The notes under the pieces: model-generated | Databases searched by the model: none | What the model was told of the DNA's origin: nothing | What the model saw: the letters and a program-made list of their open reading frames with translations, nothing else | Shown here: one piece after another, positions 27,475 through 37,043 of the stretch | Layout of the letters: each line of letters opens with the position of its first letter | Numbering within the stretch: the first letter of the stretch is position 1 | DNA from: Candidatus Uhrbacteria bacterium | GTDB lineage: Bacteria > Patescibacteriota > Patescibacteriia > JACQRZ01 | Assembly: GCA_016206155.1 (NCBI GenBank) | Contig: JACQSC010000010.1 | Coordinates: 8,073-72,072, forward strand | DNA: 64,000 nt | Direction of reading: 5' to 3' | Made by a program: the position numbers and the translations under genes

Positions 27475-28047
27475 TTATTCTGCAAAATAATAGGTAGAAA
27501 CAGCAAAGCTCACCGATTCGCCAATCGGATCATAGGCAAGCGACTCGATTGTCGTCAAGCGCATATTGTTTTCCAGTACCGCGATAAGTGTTTTCAGTGT
27601 TTCGTAGTTGACATTGACAAACCGCAGCGCGATTCTAACTTGTCTGATTTTACCTTGAGTATTGTCAACATCGTTGTCCGTTGGCGTAATGTCAATGACT
27701 TGCAATCCTACGCCTATATCCTGCGCAATCTTTTCAAAGAGCGCGTACAGCGTCGGCGTGTCCTTGCGGGAAGGAAGCACAAGCGCAGCGGGATCCTGCG
27801 CGTTTTCCGATGCCGCCTTAACAACGCCGGCAAGATCCTTTAAAACGTTTCTGTATTCGGTCCGGCTTAAAAGAAGCTGCTTGATTGCCGTCGAATTCTC
27901 GGTTCCCCCTGGTAAATACTTCTGTAGTTCCGGCTGGATAACATAATAAAAAAATGAACCGAATACAGCAGCAAAAATCAACACGATAAGAAAGGGAACA
28001 ATCGCATCGAACATTTTTACCGGGGATTGTTGAATTCGTGCCGCCAT
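27475..28047 (-). CDS. PilO-like pilus alignment protein
   Basis: TM, coiled segment, LPS..D.P.L...E.IA...G, YE.LK..I..LENNMRL..I pattern; follows pilM/pilN. Confidence 0.75.
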   Translation of the reverse strand: MAARIQQSPVKMFDAIVPFLIVLIFAAVFGSFFYYVIQPELQKYLPGGTENSTAIKQLLLSRTEYRNVLKDLAGVVKAASENAQDPAALVLPSRKDTPTLYALFEKIAQDIGVGLQVIDITPTDNDVDNTQGKIRQVRIALRFVNVNYETLKTLIAVLENNMRLTTIESLAYDPIGESVSFAVSTYYFAE

Positions 28048-28056
28048 ACTGAATAG

Positions 28057-28737
28057 TTATTGCTGTGAAAAGTCCAGTTTTAAGATTTCAGGGTTCAGGG
28101 TAAGGACAACACTAAACCGCACGCCAATAATCGAGCCCAGCTGGTCGAGTGACGAGCTAATGCCGGAGAACTGTACGCTTTTAAGAAACTTTTCCGACTG
28201 CTCGAAGGCAAGAAGCTGGCGCCCCAGTGTTGTATAGTTTCCGGCCCCCGCGCTTAAAAGAACGTCACCGTTGCGAGAGAATGAAAGAGTGTCGTATGAA
28301 ACCTCGGGAAGCGTGTTCTCTTCCAGTTTTTGAAAAAACGGCAAAAATGTTGTCTGCCCGTCAAGAAGCGCCTTGATTGAGGTAAGCTTATTCTGAAAGC
28401 CGAGCAATTTTTTGTTATCCTTCTCAAGGAGCGCGATATCCGCCTCTATCCGATTGAGGTCCTGACGCAGAATAGCGACGCGGCCGGACTCCTGCGTACC
28501 GTACAGGAGTACCACCCCATAGACGAGAAGAGAGAGAATCAATGCCAAAAGAAAACTCAAAAATAGCTGAATGCCGTTCTTCCTGATGATTGCCCTTTCC
28601 ACCTCACTTTTCGCCTCGGACGTAATAAGATTGACGCCGACCGCACGCTTCTTTTCTTTGCCAAATGAAAACAGCTTCCGCTTTTTCACGGGCGTTTCTT
28701 TCTTTTTTCCTGTTTCGAGAAAATTGAGGTCTGGCAT
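28057..28737 (-). CDS. PilN-like pilus alignment protein
   Basis: VNLI N-terminal motif, TM, coiled coil, LEENTLPEV.Y; immediately after pilM. Confidence 0.75.
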   Translation of the reverse strand: MPDLNFLETGKKKETPVKKRKLFSFGKEKKRAVGVNLITSEAKSEVERAIIRKNGIQLFLSFLLALILSLLVYGVVLLYGTQESGRVAILRQDLNRIEADIALLEKDNKKLLGFQNKLTSIKALLDGQTTFLPFFQKLEENTLPEVSYDTLSFSRNGDVLLSAGAGNYTTLGRQLLAFEQSEKFLKSVQFSGISSSLDQLGSIIGVRFSVVLTLNPEILKLDFSQQ

Positions 28738-28779
28738 GGGGAAAGAAATCTTTCAACGTATTGCTAACAGTATATCATA

Positions 28780-29898
28780 TTACTCTCGAATGGCGAGCCC
28801 GATTGCGACTGAAAACTTTGGGCCTATAGTTTCCAGTACGGCTTTAAGATCGGCGGGGTATTGGATATACGACCATGGATCGCCGATAAACACCCGCGCA
28901 TCAAGCGCGGACACAAAGTACTCCGCGATACCTGGCATCAATGCCGACCCCCCTGTCAGGATAATCTTTTCAATAGTGCCGCTTGCCTTTCCCGACGGAG
29001 TAAGGGAATGGCTCTTATACAGATCGAGCGTATAACGGACTTCGTGCACAATGGGCTCGAGAGCGGAACGGATAACATCGGGAATGCCGCCCGTGCCACT
29101 GGTATCTTGGCTTCCGGTGCGAATGCCGATATCCCGTTTCAGCTGTTCCGCGCGCTTTTCATTAATATGAAGACTGTTCACAATCGCCCGCGTGATACTC
29201 GACCCGCCTTGTTCCAGGCTTCGACCAAAAAAAGGAATACCGTTCTCCATGATAATGATATCGGTAACCGCCGATCCTATTTCCACGATCATGATCTCGC
29301 CGGGCTGGCTGCCGATAATAGACCGGGAAAGCGCAAACATTTCCGTTTCAAGTCCGGCGAGTTCAAGGCCGCTCAGTCCAAAAATCTCCGTATATTTCTC
29401 AACGGTTTCTTTTGCCGCGCCAGTAATCAGAATCTTGAGCTGAGGCTCTTCTTCCTCTGATGCGCTCTTTTTCCCAAACGGAAGCTTTAATCCTTTTTCG
29501 CCTTTTGCGGGCGCGTTCAGGATGCGATAATCAAGAACGATCTCGTCAAGTGGCAGTGGAATAATCTTTTTTGCCTCCCAGTGCACCGCGGAATCAAGTT
29601 CTTCGCCGGATAATTGGGGAAGGCTTATAAGGGATGTGAAGACCGCGTACGTTGGAAGCGCGGCAATGGCGCGTTTTGAACGGCATCGCGAGCGCTCGAC
29701 AACCGAACGGATGGCTTGACTCGTCAGCTTTGCGTCCTCGCGGCCGAGATTACGCAAATCGCGATGAAAATCCTCGACAAATCCATAGGTAAGCAGCGCG
29801 TGCCCCTCTTTTTTTCGATCGACTTCGATCACCTTGATGCTCGAGGTTCCGATATCGATACCGAGGATGGATGTTTCTTTTTTTTCAAATAATGGCAT
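28780..29898 (-). CDS. pilM: Type IV pilus assembly protein PilM
   Basis: LGIDIGTSSIKVIE, WEAKKIIPLPLDE..LDY, VEIGSAVT, AEQLK, IILTGGSA, FSVAIGLA. Confidence 0.92.
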   Translation of the reverse strand: MPLFEKKETSILGIDIGTSSIKVIEVDRKKEGHALLTYGFVEDFHRDLRNLGREDAKLTSQAIRSVVERSRCRSKRAIAALPTYAVFTSLISLPQLSGEELDSAVHWEAKKIIPLPLDEIVLDYRILNAPAKGEKGLKLPFGKKSASEEEEPQLKILITGAAKETVEKYTEIFGLSGLELAGLETEMFALSRSIIGSQPGEIMIVEIGSAVTDIIIMENGIPFFGRSLEQGGSSITRAIVNSLHINEKRAEQLKRDIGIRTGSQDTSGTGGIPDVIRSALEPIVHEVRYTLDLYKSHSLTPSGKASGTIEKIILTGGSALMPGIAEYFVSALDARVFIGDPWSYIQYPADLKAVLETIGPKFSVAIGLAIRE

Positions 29899-29943
29899 AA
29901 CAATTTCAACTTTCAACTTTCAGATTAAAGTATAGCACTCTTT

Positions 29944-32427
29944 TCACCAAAGAGGTAGTGATCGCGCGAATTCCGCAATGCCGGGAGATGGATTGACGAG
30001 CGCGCGACCGGTGTTGACAATGGTCTCCGATCCACGATTGACACCGCGGTACACGCGCTGAAGAAGCATTTTCTTTGCAACCACGACACCGCGGATCTCA
30101 AGAGGAAGATCGTAATAGAGTTCATTTAAAACCGCCTCTCCAATCTTTTTCTTCTCATTTCCGACGGCGTCGTACTGCTGTCGGCCTTGATCATCAAGGT
30201 CTGACACCTCGGTCGTTGTCCAATATTTTATTTTCAAATTGGGACATTCGCCACCACTCGCATTCGCACCGCCCCTTCCCTCTCCGGTTGCAAAAATATT
30301 TTCAACAAAAAACGATCCGGACACAACCGTAAATTGTTGATTCTCAAAAATCTTATTCACTGCCGCAGTTTCTGTTGGATTCTCGGGAACCAAAACCTTT
30401 TTTCCATTCTCTAAAACTAAGTTTCCAGCTGCGTCTTTTTTATATTCTAGCTTCATATTATATTCATAGTCGGGCGTTCCGGTTCCCATACCCTCTTTGG
30501 AATCAATATGCCCAGGGATACATTTATCGATAACAACATTCCCGCCCGCGCGCCACTCATCGTCGAGAATACCCTCAATCGGTGATTCACCGTGCAGTGC
30601 GGGAGTATCTCTATTCAGCACCACCCACGAGAGCGAAGCAAGTTGGTGAAAATTGGTCAGTCCCAATGCTGATGCTTGCTGATACTCAATCGGCCGCTTA
30701 ATGGTAAGATTACCCCTCACCACAATCGTTCCCGCACCGCTTCCCGTAATGCCGTTCAATAGTTCCCGCCTGCCCCTATTGTCGTTTGCGCCAATCTCAA
30801 GATCTCCATCGTGATAATAGATAGTGTTGTTCAAAATAATTGGATCGTATATTGACTGGCCAAAAACATCGCTTTCACTTTGAATAATTTTCACGTTATT
30901 CCCATACGCGTTCTTAAGCGCCGGACCGGCCTGCTGAGGCGGGTCGGTCGGCTTTGGAAATAACGCATCCCCATTCAATGATCCCAGCGATCCCCGCTTA
31001 ATCGCCGAGCGGTTCACGCGTTGTGACGCGGTGGGAGGGCGAAGATCAAAAATCTCTTGGCTAGTCTCTTGACTGGTGATTGGTGGTTTCTTTCTCTTTT
31101 GTTCAAAAATATCAGCAAGTGGAGGACATCCGCTGCGTACGGCAAGGCGCGGATCGTCGCAGGCCCCCTCCCATGTATCAACACTGCCCTGTTTATCCCC
31201 ATACCGCCCGGTCACAAGAAGATAGTCGGTATTAAACTCACCCGGTGGCGGATTCACTCCGGAAAAACCTTTTCTGCTAAAAAGATTGCCGCCAATGCCT
31301 TTAACCCACACCCCAAGGTATGCGGTATTCCACCGGCTCCGTTTTGAATTCTGGTCGTAGTTCACCTCCGTACATGAAGGGCCGTCGCACCACGTTTTAT
31401 TATCCCATTCCCGCGTATCATAGAGTGTGCTTCCGCTAAAAGAAATCCACTCAACGAACGGATTCCACGCCCATCCATAAAATTCCTTTTTGCGCGGATC
31501 ATAGGCTACGCGGTAAGAACATGCCATCTTGTTGGCACTGAATACGGCATCATTAGAGCAGTTTAACTTATCCAATAGCGGCCACGTTCCAAAATGACCT
31601 GGCTGAATACCAGTAATGTTCCACTTGTCATCTCTCTTCTCTTTCGGCACATTATCGCCAAAAATTCTTCCGCTCAAGCGCGTCCAACCATTATCCCCGA
31701 GGCCACGAATCTTCATCCATCCCTTCAGTGGATAGATGCAGTATGCTGGAATTTTCCCACTATCTGATTCCTTCGACTTACGCATCTCTTCATATTTCTC
31801 TTTATTGTCCATCATCTCACACGGCTTGTACACCGGCTCTCTGTTCCCACCGCTTCCTCTGTAGTGAGGCTCATAAATGCCGTCTTCGATGCCGTCTTCA
31901 TTGCGATCAACAACCTCATGGCACATCGGCTCACGATTGTCAAAGTCAAGTCTTGCAAATGAATCATTTCGCCCACGAGGAAGTCCATCGTTCCCATCAA
32001 GAAATGTTCGAAGGTCAAGTGTGTCATAGCTATCCTTCAGCGGAGGCCCTTCGCACGTCTCTCCCCAACAGATGAGTCCGTGCTCGGGATCTTCCATAAT
32101 ATTGTCCGGCCACTGGGGACGCGACCAGCCGTAAATCTCATTTCCAACAGATGCGTCAGTGCCGCCTATCTTCTCAGCCTTTTTATACACGCCGTACGGT
32201 TTATTATCCCCGCCGGTAAATCTATTATAAATCCACTGGGTGTAATAATTCCATGCGTTGCCGCCAATACTGGCCTTACGGTTTTTCAGCGTCGCGTATT
32301 CAGGACAATTATCAACATAGGATCCGCCGGTCACCGCCTCGTCGGCGCGGAGACTTGAGCTGTGCGCAAAAAAAAGAAAAAGAAGGACCGCCGCTATGAT
32401 TGAAACACTTTTGACGTTCATATACAT
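29944..32427 (-). CDS. Large secreted Cys/Trp-rich surface protein
   Basis: Signal peptide; repeated G.AW...WI.F motifs (GWAWNPFVEWISFSG); C-terminal beta-solenoid-like GDLEIG, GTIVVRGNLTI, LEIRGVVVA; co-oriented just upstream of pilM. Confidence 0.75.
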   Translation of the reverse strand: MYMNVKSVSIIAAVLLFLFFAHSSSLRADEAVTGGSYVDNCPEYATLKNRKASIGGNAWNYYTQWIYNRFTGGDNKPYGVYKKAEKIGGTDASVGNEIYGWSRPQWPDNIMEDPEHGLICWGETCEGPPLKDSYDTLDLRTFLDGNDGLPRGRNDSFARLDFDNREPMCHEVVDRNEDGIEDGIYEPHYRGSGGNREPVYKPCEMMDNKEKYEEMRKSKESDSGKIPAYCIYPLKGWMKIRGLGDNGWTRLSGRIFGDNVPKEKRDDKWNITGIQPGHFGTWPLLDKLNCSNDAVFSANKMACSYRVAYDPRKKEFYGWAWNPFVEWISFSGSTLYDTREWDNKTWCDGPSCTEVNYDQNSKRSRWNTAYLGVWVKGIGGNLFSRKGFSGVNPPPGEFNTDYLLVTGRYGDKQGSVDTWEGACDDPRLAVRSGCPPLADIFEQKRKKPPITSQETSQEIFDLRPPTASQRVNRSAIKRGSLGSLNGDALFPKPTDPPQQAGPALKNAYGNNVKIIQSESDVFGQSIYDPIILNNTIYYHDGDLEIGANDNRGRRELLNGITGSGAGTIVVRGNLTIKRPIEYQQASALGLTNFHQLASLSWVVLNRDTPALHGESPIEGILDDEWRAGGNVVIDKCIPGHIDSKEGMGTGTPDYEYNMKLEYKKDAAGNLVLENGKKVLVPENPTETAAVNKIFENQQFTVVSGSFFVENIFATGEGRGGANASGGECPNLKIKYWTTTEVSDLDDQGRQQYDAVGNEKKKIGEAVLNELYYDLPLEIRGVVVAKKMLLQRVYRGVNRGSETIVNTGRALVNPSPGIAEFARSLPLW

Positions 32428-32455
32428 ATAGTATATAATACTGTTAAAGATTTCA

Positions 32456-32485
32456 CTATACCCTAACCACTATAACCTATACCCT
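32456..32485. repeat. Degenerate 7-bp array (CTATACC)n
   Basis: ctatacc ctaacca ctataac ctatacc; reverse-complement relative of the 19794 array. Confidence 0.6.
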
Positions 32486-32621
32486 GTCTCGTATGCCCCG
32501 CACTTAACTCCGATTGCTGCTATTAATCATCCGTCCTATGATATACACTACACACCGTTTATTCATCATCACCTCGATTTCCTCTGCTGTCGTGTCGCAG
32601 CATGAGGATGATCGGAGTTAA

Positions 32622-34943
32622 GTGCGGGGTATGGAATCATTTTTAAAACGCTGTACCGAGCCACTGTTGCGCGTTTTCGCAAACGCCGCTCAAGCAGCCG
32701 CCTCGGAGGGAAAAGAGACGATTGAGCCGTCCCATCTTTTTTTTGGACTCACAAACCAGGATCAACGGATGGAAAAGCCACGCGCGCGAAAACGCAATAC
32801 GCGCGTTAATCCCACAAGCGCCTCTCCCGTATCGGTTGCCTCACTTTCGCTCTCCCCGTTAAGCGCGCATCTTCTCGCTGACGCCGTACGGTTGGCCGAG
32901 AACTACTCGCACGACGCGGTCGGACCCGAGCATCTTTTTATAAGCCTTCTCCATCATCCGGACCCAGGTATCCGAGAGATTCTAAAAAACCACAACGTAG
33001 ACTCCGGCGCGATCAAACGCCAGCTTGTCGGCATCGTCAATCACACCTCAAGGCTCCTCGACCTCCTTGAAATGTTGGAGCGTGAAGGACAGCGATCCCC
33101 AGACAACACAGCTCAGGATCCGGCGGCGCTTCCCGGCCATCATCATCATGGAAAAAATCCTTCGGCGCTTGAATTTTTCACAACCGAGCTCACGCAGGAG
33201 TACGTTGCTGCGTCAATCGACCCTTTGATCGGTCGGGAAAAAGAGATTGAACGGCTCATGCATATCCTTGCGCGAAGGACGAAGAACAATCCGGTATTGG
33301 TTGGTCCGCCGGGGGTCGGAAAAACCGCGATTGTCGAAGGCCTTGCGAAGCGCATTGTGGAAGGGAATGTCCCCGCATATTTGAAAGACACGCGGCTGTT
33401 TTCGTTGAATCTTACGACACTGCTCGCGGGAGCGGGAATGCGCGGCGAACTTGAATTCCGCCTCTCCGCGCTGATCGCCGACGTTCATAAAATGGAGCGC
33501 GCTATCCTGTTTATCGACGAATTGCACAACATCGTTGGAGCGGGCGGCATGCACGGCTCCATGGATGCCGGCGAAATCCTAAAACCGGAACTTGCGCGAG
33601 GAACACTCCATTGTATCGGCGCGACTACTCAGGAAGAGTACAAACGATGGATTGAGGACGATCCGGCGCTTGAGCGTCGATTTCAGCCCATCGCTGTCGC
33701 AGCGCCGACCAAGGACGAGACAAAACAAATTCTCCTGGGACTGACGGAACGCTATGAACAGTTTCACGGCGTCACCATTCCGCCCGCCGCCCTTGATGCT
33801 TGCATTAATCTTGCGGATCGCTACATCACCGAAAAATACTTTCCCGACAAAGCCATTGACGTCATTGACGAAGCGGCGGCAAAAATAAAGGTGGAAGAAC
33901 AACAAGACCGCGTCATTACGTCGCAGGTTATAACCGATATTATCTCGAACATGACCGGTATTCCGCGCGCCCTGCTTGCGTATGAAGACTCTTCACGCAC
34001 GCTCGCGCTTGAAGAGTCGCTCAAAAAACATGTGATCGGACAGGACGCGGCAATCAACACCGTCGCACGCGCGATCATGCGCGCCTCATCGGGCCTTACG
34101 CAACAAGGACGCCCACGCGCATCCTTTCTTTTTTTGGGTCCCAGCGGCGTGGGGAAAACAGAGCTTGCGCGCCAGCTTGCGCGCCAACTCTTCGGCGAGG
34201 GCGCGCTCCTCAAGTTTGACATGTCGGAATTTTCCGAAAGCCATACCATCGCGCGACTCCTCGGATCGCCCAGCGGATATATCGGATACAAGGAGGGTGG
34301 ACGGCTGACCGAAAGCGTCCGGCACAAACCCCATTCAATCGTACTCTTTGACGAAGCGGAAAAGGCGCATCCGCGCGTCTTGAATGTGTTATTGCAGATC
34401 CTTGACGAAGGACGACTGACCGATATGGCGGGACGCGAAGTTGATTTTTCTAACACGATTATTATCCTGACCTCAAATATTGGCGCGGCGCATTGGACAA
34501 CAAATGGCGGAACGCTTGGATTCGAGTCTGAAACGACGGTCGGCGCCGTTAACCAAGAGCGCGTCCTTGCCGATGTTCGGCAGTGGCTCTCTCCCGAACT
34601 CCTCAATCGCATTAACCATACCATCACCTTTCATCCTCTGCTGACGGGTCACCTTCGCGCTATTGCAAACCTCTGCCTGGACGAACTTGCGTCGCGGGTT
34701 GTTCCTCACCACATTACACTCCAATGGCAAAAAACGCTTCCCGACGCAATTATGGCGCACAATACAGCCGCGAACAAAGGCGCGCGGTTTATTCGACATA
34801 CGATTGAGGAAACCGTCGAGGACGCGCTTGCGCAGGTGCTCTTGCGCCGCACGTCCGAGGAGCCGATCACGCTTTCGCTCGAATACAAAGATCGCGCATT
34901 CAGATGCCGGACCATACACAACCGCTATGCCAAAAGGCGTTGA
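32622..34943 (+). CDS. ATP-dependent Clp protease ATP-binding subunit (ClpA/ClpC-like)
   Basis: Clp-N repeats, DPLIGRE.E, RRTKNNPVLVGPPGVGKT, FIDELH, DPALERRFQ, FLGPSGVGKT, DMSEFSE, FDEAEKAHP, LGF loop. Confidence 0.94.
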   Translation: MRGMESFLKRCTEPLLRVFANAAQAAASEGKETIEPSHLFFGLTNQDQRMEKPRARKRNTRVNPTSASPVSVASLSLSPLSAHLLADAVRLAENYSHDAVGPEHLFISLLHHPDPGIREILKNHNVDSGAIKRQLVGIVNHTSRLLDLLEMLEREGQRSPDNTAQDPAALPGHHHHGKNPSALEFFTTELTQEYVAASIDPLIGREKEIERLMHILARRTKNNPVLVGPPGVGKTAIVEGLAKRIVEGNVPAYLKDTRLFSLNLTTLLAGAGMRGELEFRLSALIADVHKMERAILFIDELHNIVGAGGMHGSMDAGEILKPELARGTLHCIGATTQEEYKRWIEDDPALERRFQPIAVAAPTKDETKQILLGLTERYEQFHGVTIPPAALDACINLADRYITEKYFPDKAIDVIDEAAAKIKVEEQQDRVITSQVITDIISNMTGIPRALLAYEDSSRTLALEESLKKHVIGQDAAINTVARAIMRASSGLTQQGRPRASFLFLGPSGVGKTELARQLARQLFGEGALLKFDMSEFSESHTIARLLGSPSGYIGYKEGGRLTESVRHKPHSIVLFDEAEKAHPRVLNVLLQILDEGRLTDMAGREVDFSNTIIILTSNIGAAHWTTNGGTLGFESETTVGAVNQERVLADVRQWLSPELLNRINHTITFHPLLTGHLRAIANLCLDELASRVVPHHITLQWQKTLPDAIMAHNTAANKGARFIRHTIEETVEDALAQVLLRRTSEEPITLSLEYKDRAFRCRTIHNRYAKRR

Positions 34944-35559
34944 CGAGAGCTTCCTGGCGCAAGTTGCTCCTGCCGTTGACACCGACGAAGAACAACAAGC
35001 GCAGGAGCGTGGTGGAGGTGAACAGCACGGCGCTCTTGTTCGCGCAATCTTCGCGCAACGGCTCGGGCAAAACAAGCGCGAGGAACAAAAACTGACCAAG
35101 GAGCTCGAACACTGGAAAGAGGAACTCGCGGCACAAGAACGAAAAAAAGGAACGTGTATGATACTCCTCATTGTTGCTATGGGCGATGATGTTATAGACG
35201 TTCTCGGCGCTCTTGTCAGCTTTGGCCTCTTAAGCTCAGTCACCTTTCCAATACCAGGCATTATCCGCATGATGGTTGCAATCCATGAACGGGAGCCGCG
35301 TCCAGATCGTCTTTTACGTACAGTCGCCGCAATGGCAATTGAAGCGATACCATTGCTCAATCTTCTTCCAACGACAACGATCAATCTGATCATTGACCTT
35401 ATCGAGGCGTCCTGGGATGGGGATCAAGCGAAAAATAAAGTTGAAGATCTTGAGAAAAAAATAAAGACATTGAAGCAAACAACTGGTGCGCAGACCAGAA
35501 ACGCCATGCAAATCATGCGCGGGATGTCCCAATCTGCCATGTCCCGCCGCGCGGCATAG
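34927..35559 (+). CDS. Hypothetical membrane protein with coiled coils
   Basis: Start MPKGV overlaps the Clp stop; hydrophobic hairpin D..D..G..and IEAIPLLNLLP motif. Confidence 0.65.
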   Translation: MPKGVDESFLAQVAPAVDTDEEQQAQERGGGEQHGALVRAIFAQRLGQNKREEQKLTKELEHWKEELAAQERKKGTCMILLIVAMGDDVIDVLGALVSFGLLSSVTFPIPGIIRMMVAIHEREPRPDRLLRTVAAMAIEAIPLLNLLPTTTINLIIDLIEASWDGDQAKNKVEDLEKKIKTLKQTTGAQTRNAMQIMRGMSQSAMSRRAA

Positions 35560-35611
35560 AAATGGTGTCTGGCTCAGTTTTGTGAAGCAAATCTGTGCCT
35601 GACACCATTTC
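35559..35611. repeat. AAATGGTGTC..GACACCATTT palindromic repeat
   Basis: GAAATGGTGTCTGGCTCAG...CTGTGCCTGACACCATTTC hairpin; same family as the inserts in radA, recG and 57696-60431. Confidence 0.8.
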
Positions 35612-35648
35612 ATTCACTAACCAAGTGTGCTATACTGCCTTCTAGAGG

Positions 35649-35692
35649 CCTAACCCCTAACCCCTAACCCCTAACCCCTAACCCCTATTCCC
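35649..35692. repeat. Telomere-like 7-bp array (CCCCTAA)n
   Basis: Four perfect CCCCTAA units plus partial units, between an extended -10 (TGcTATACT) and the ATG at 35699. Confidence 0.9.
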
Positions 35693-35698
35693 TGGAAC

Positions 35699-36913
35699 AT
35701 GAAACGAATTCTACTTATTATCGGCTTTGTCGCAATAGTTATTCTGCTCGTTGTGCTGATTTGGTACTTTTTCTTCCGCCCGCTCCCCCCTCGTGAGGAG
35801 GTCACACTGGAGGAACCTGTCACCAAGCTGCCAATCCCTGGAGAATATATTCCGCCCGAAGGTCCGGGTGTCTTGACATCACCCACAACCGCTGAGGAGC
35901 AATTACCCGAAACCGCCATGGAAGCGCAGGGAGGACCGGTGCAAACCGCTGAGCTGGACTCAGGCAACAATATCGGCTCCCGGATCGCACCCGATGGATC
36001 GAGTGTCGTAACCTTCGACTCGTACGCCGGAACGTTTTACCGCATCACACCTGACGGGATGGCTGAAAAACTAACCGATCAGACATTTGCGGGCGCAACG
36101 AACGTCACCTTGTCGCCAAACAACGAACGGGCGGTTATTGAATTTCTAGACGACTCAAAAATTCTCTATGATTTTAGCCGCAAACAGCAAGTCGCAACAC
36201 TTCCCAAGCATTGGGAAGCGTTCGATTTCTCTCCTGACGGCGGAAATATCGTTTTCAAAAGTATTGCCACAAACCCGGATAACAATTGGTTCGCCATCGC
36301 AAACGCCGACGGATCCGATGGTCAAGAGCTTGAACTCATGGGAAAGAAGATTAATCAGTTTACTCCACTCTGGTCCCCATCTGATCAAATTGTCGGCTTT
36401 TATGAGGAGGGCGTTGACGCGGATCGCAAACAGCTCTATTTCATCGGAAAGTACGGCGAGAATTTTCAGGCGATTACGGTCGAGGGAAGGGGCATCAAGG
36501 CACAGTGGTCTCCTTTGGGCACCCAGCTCTTGTATAGCGCGTACTCGGCGAAATCTGGCTTCCGACCCGAGGTATGGATTGTCGATGCGCTTGGCGACAC
36601 AATCGGCGAGAATCGCCGCAAGCTTGATATACAAACATGGGCTGATAAATGCGGCTTTGCCGGAAATGAGACACTCTACTGTTCGGTTCCAAAAATCATA
36701 CCTGAAGGCGGCGGGCTCCTGCCTGTCGTTGCCGAGGAAAAGAGCGGCGGCGAGGTGATTTATAAAATTGATCTGACAACAGGCGAAAGGCAAAAGGTCG
36801 CCGAACCGCGAAGCGATCTGATCGCGCAAAACCTCCAGGTATCTAAAGATCAAACATATCTTTTCTTCACGAACAAATACTCGGGGAAATTGTATAGTAT
36901 ACAATTGCAATAG
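35699..36913 (+). CDS. Membrane-anchored beta-propeller (TolB-like) protein
   Basis: N-terminal TM, Pro/Glu linker, repeated SPDG/WSP blades (APDG, LSPN, FSPDG, WSPS, WSPLG, VSKD), ADKC..LYC.VP. Confidence 0.8.
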   Translation: MKRILLIIGFVAIVILLVVLIWYFFFRPLPPREEVTLEEPVTKLPIPGEYIPPEGPGVLTSPTTAEEQLPETAMEAQGGPVQTAELDSGNNIGSRIAPDGSSVVTFDSYAGTFYRITPDGMAEKLTDQTFAGATNVTLSPNNERAVIEFLDDSKILYDFSRKQQVATLPKHWEAFDFSPDGGNIVFKSIATNPDNNWFAIANADGSDGQELELMGKKINQFTPLWSPSDQIVGFYEEGVDADRKQLYFIGKYGENFQAITVEGRGIKAQWSPLGTQLLYSAYSAKSGFRPEVWIVDALGDTIGENRRKLDIQTWADKCGFAGNETLYCSVPKIIPEGGGLLPVVAEEKSGGEVIYKIDLTTGERQKVAEPRSDLIAQNLQVSKDQTYLFFTNKYSGKLYSIQLQ

Positions 36914-36934
36914 TACCTCCTTGACTGATACGTC

Positions 36935-37043
36935 TGTCATCCCGCCGGTGAAGCATGCCACGGACACCGATCCGGGGAACTGGATCCAGCCTATGCGTGA
37001 TAAAACTTTCTTTTACTGGGTTTTGGCTTTCGCGGGAATGACA
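36935..37043. repeat. GTCATCCC/GGAATGAC palindromic repeat pair overlapping the 5' end of pilin 1
   Basis: CTGTCATCCCGCC...GGATCCAG and CTGGGTTTTGGCTTTCGCGGGAATGACA (translates as WVLAFAGMT). Confidence 0.7.

Noticed and set aside
33821-35393. Long antisense ORFs (268 aa, 306 aa) and similar shadows such as 57883-58680 and 36155-36967
   Set aside because: They lie opposite well-supported genes and show no recognisable motifs.
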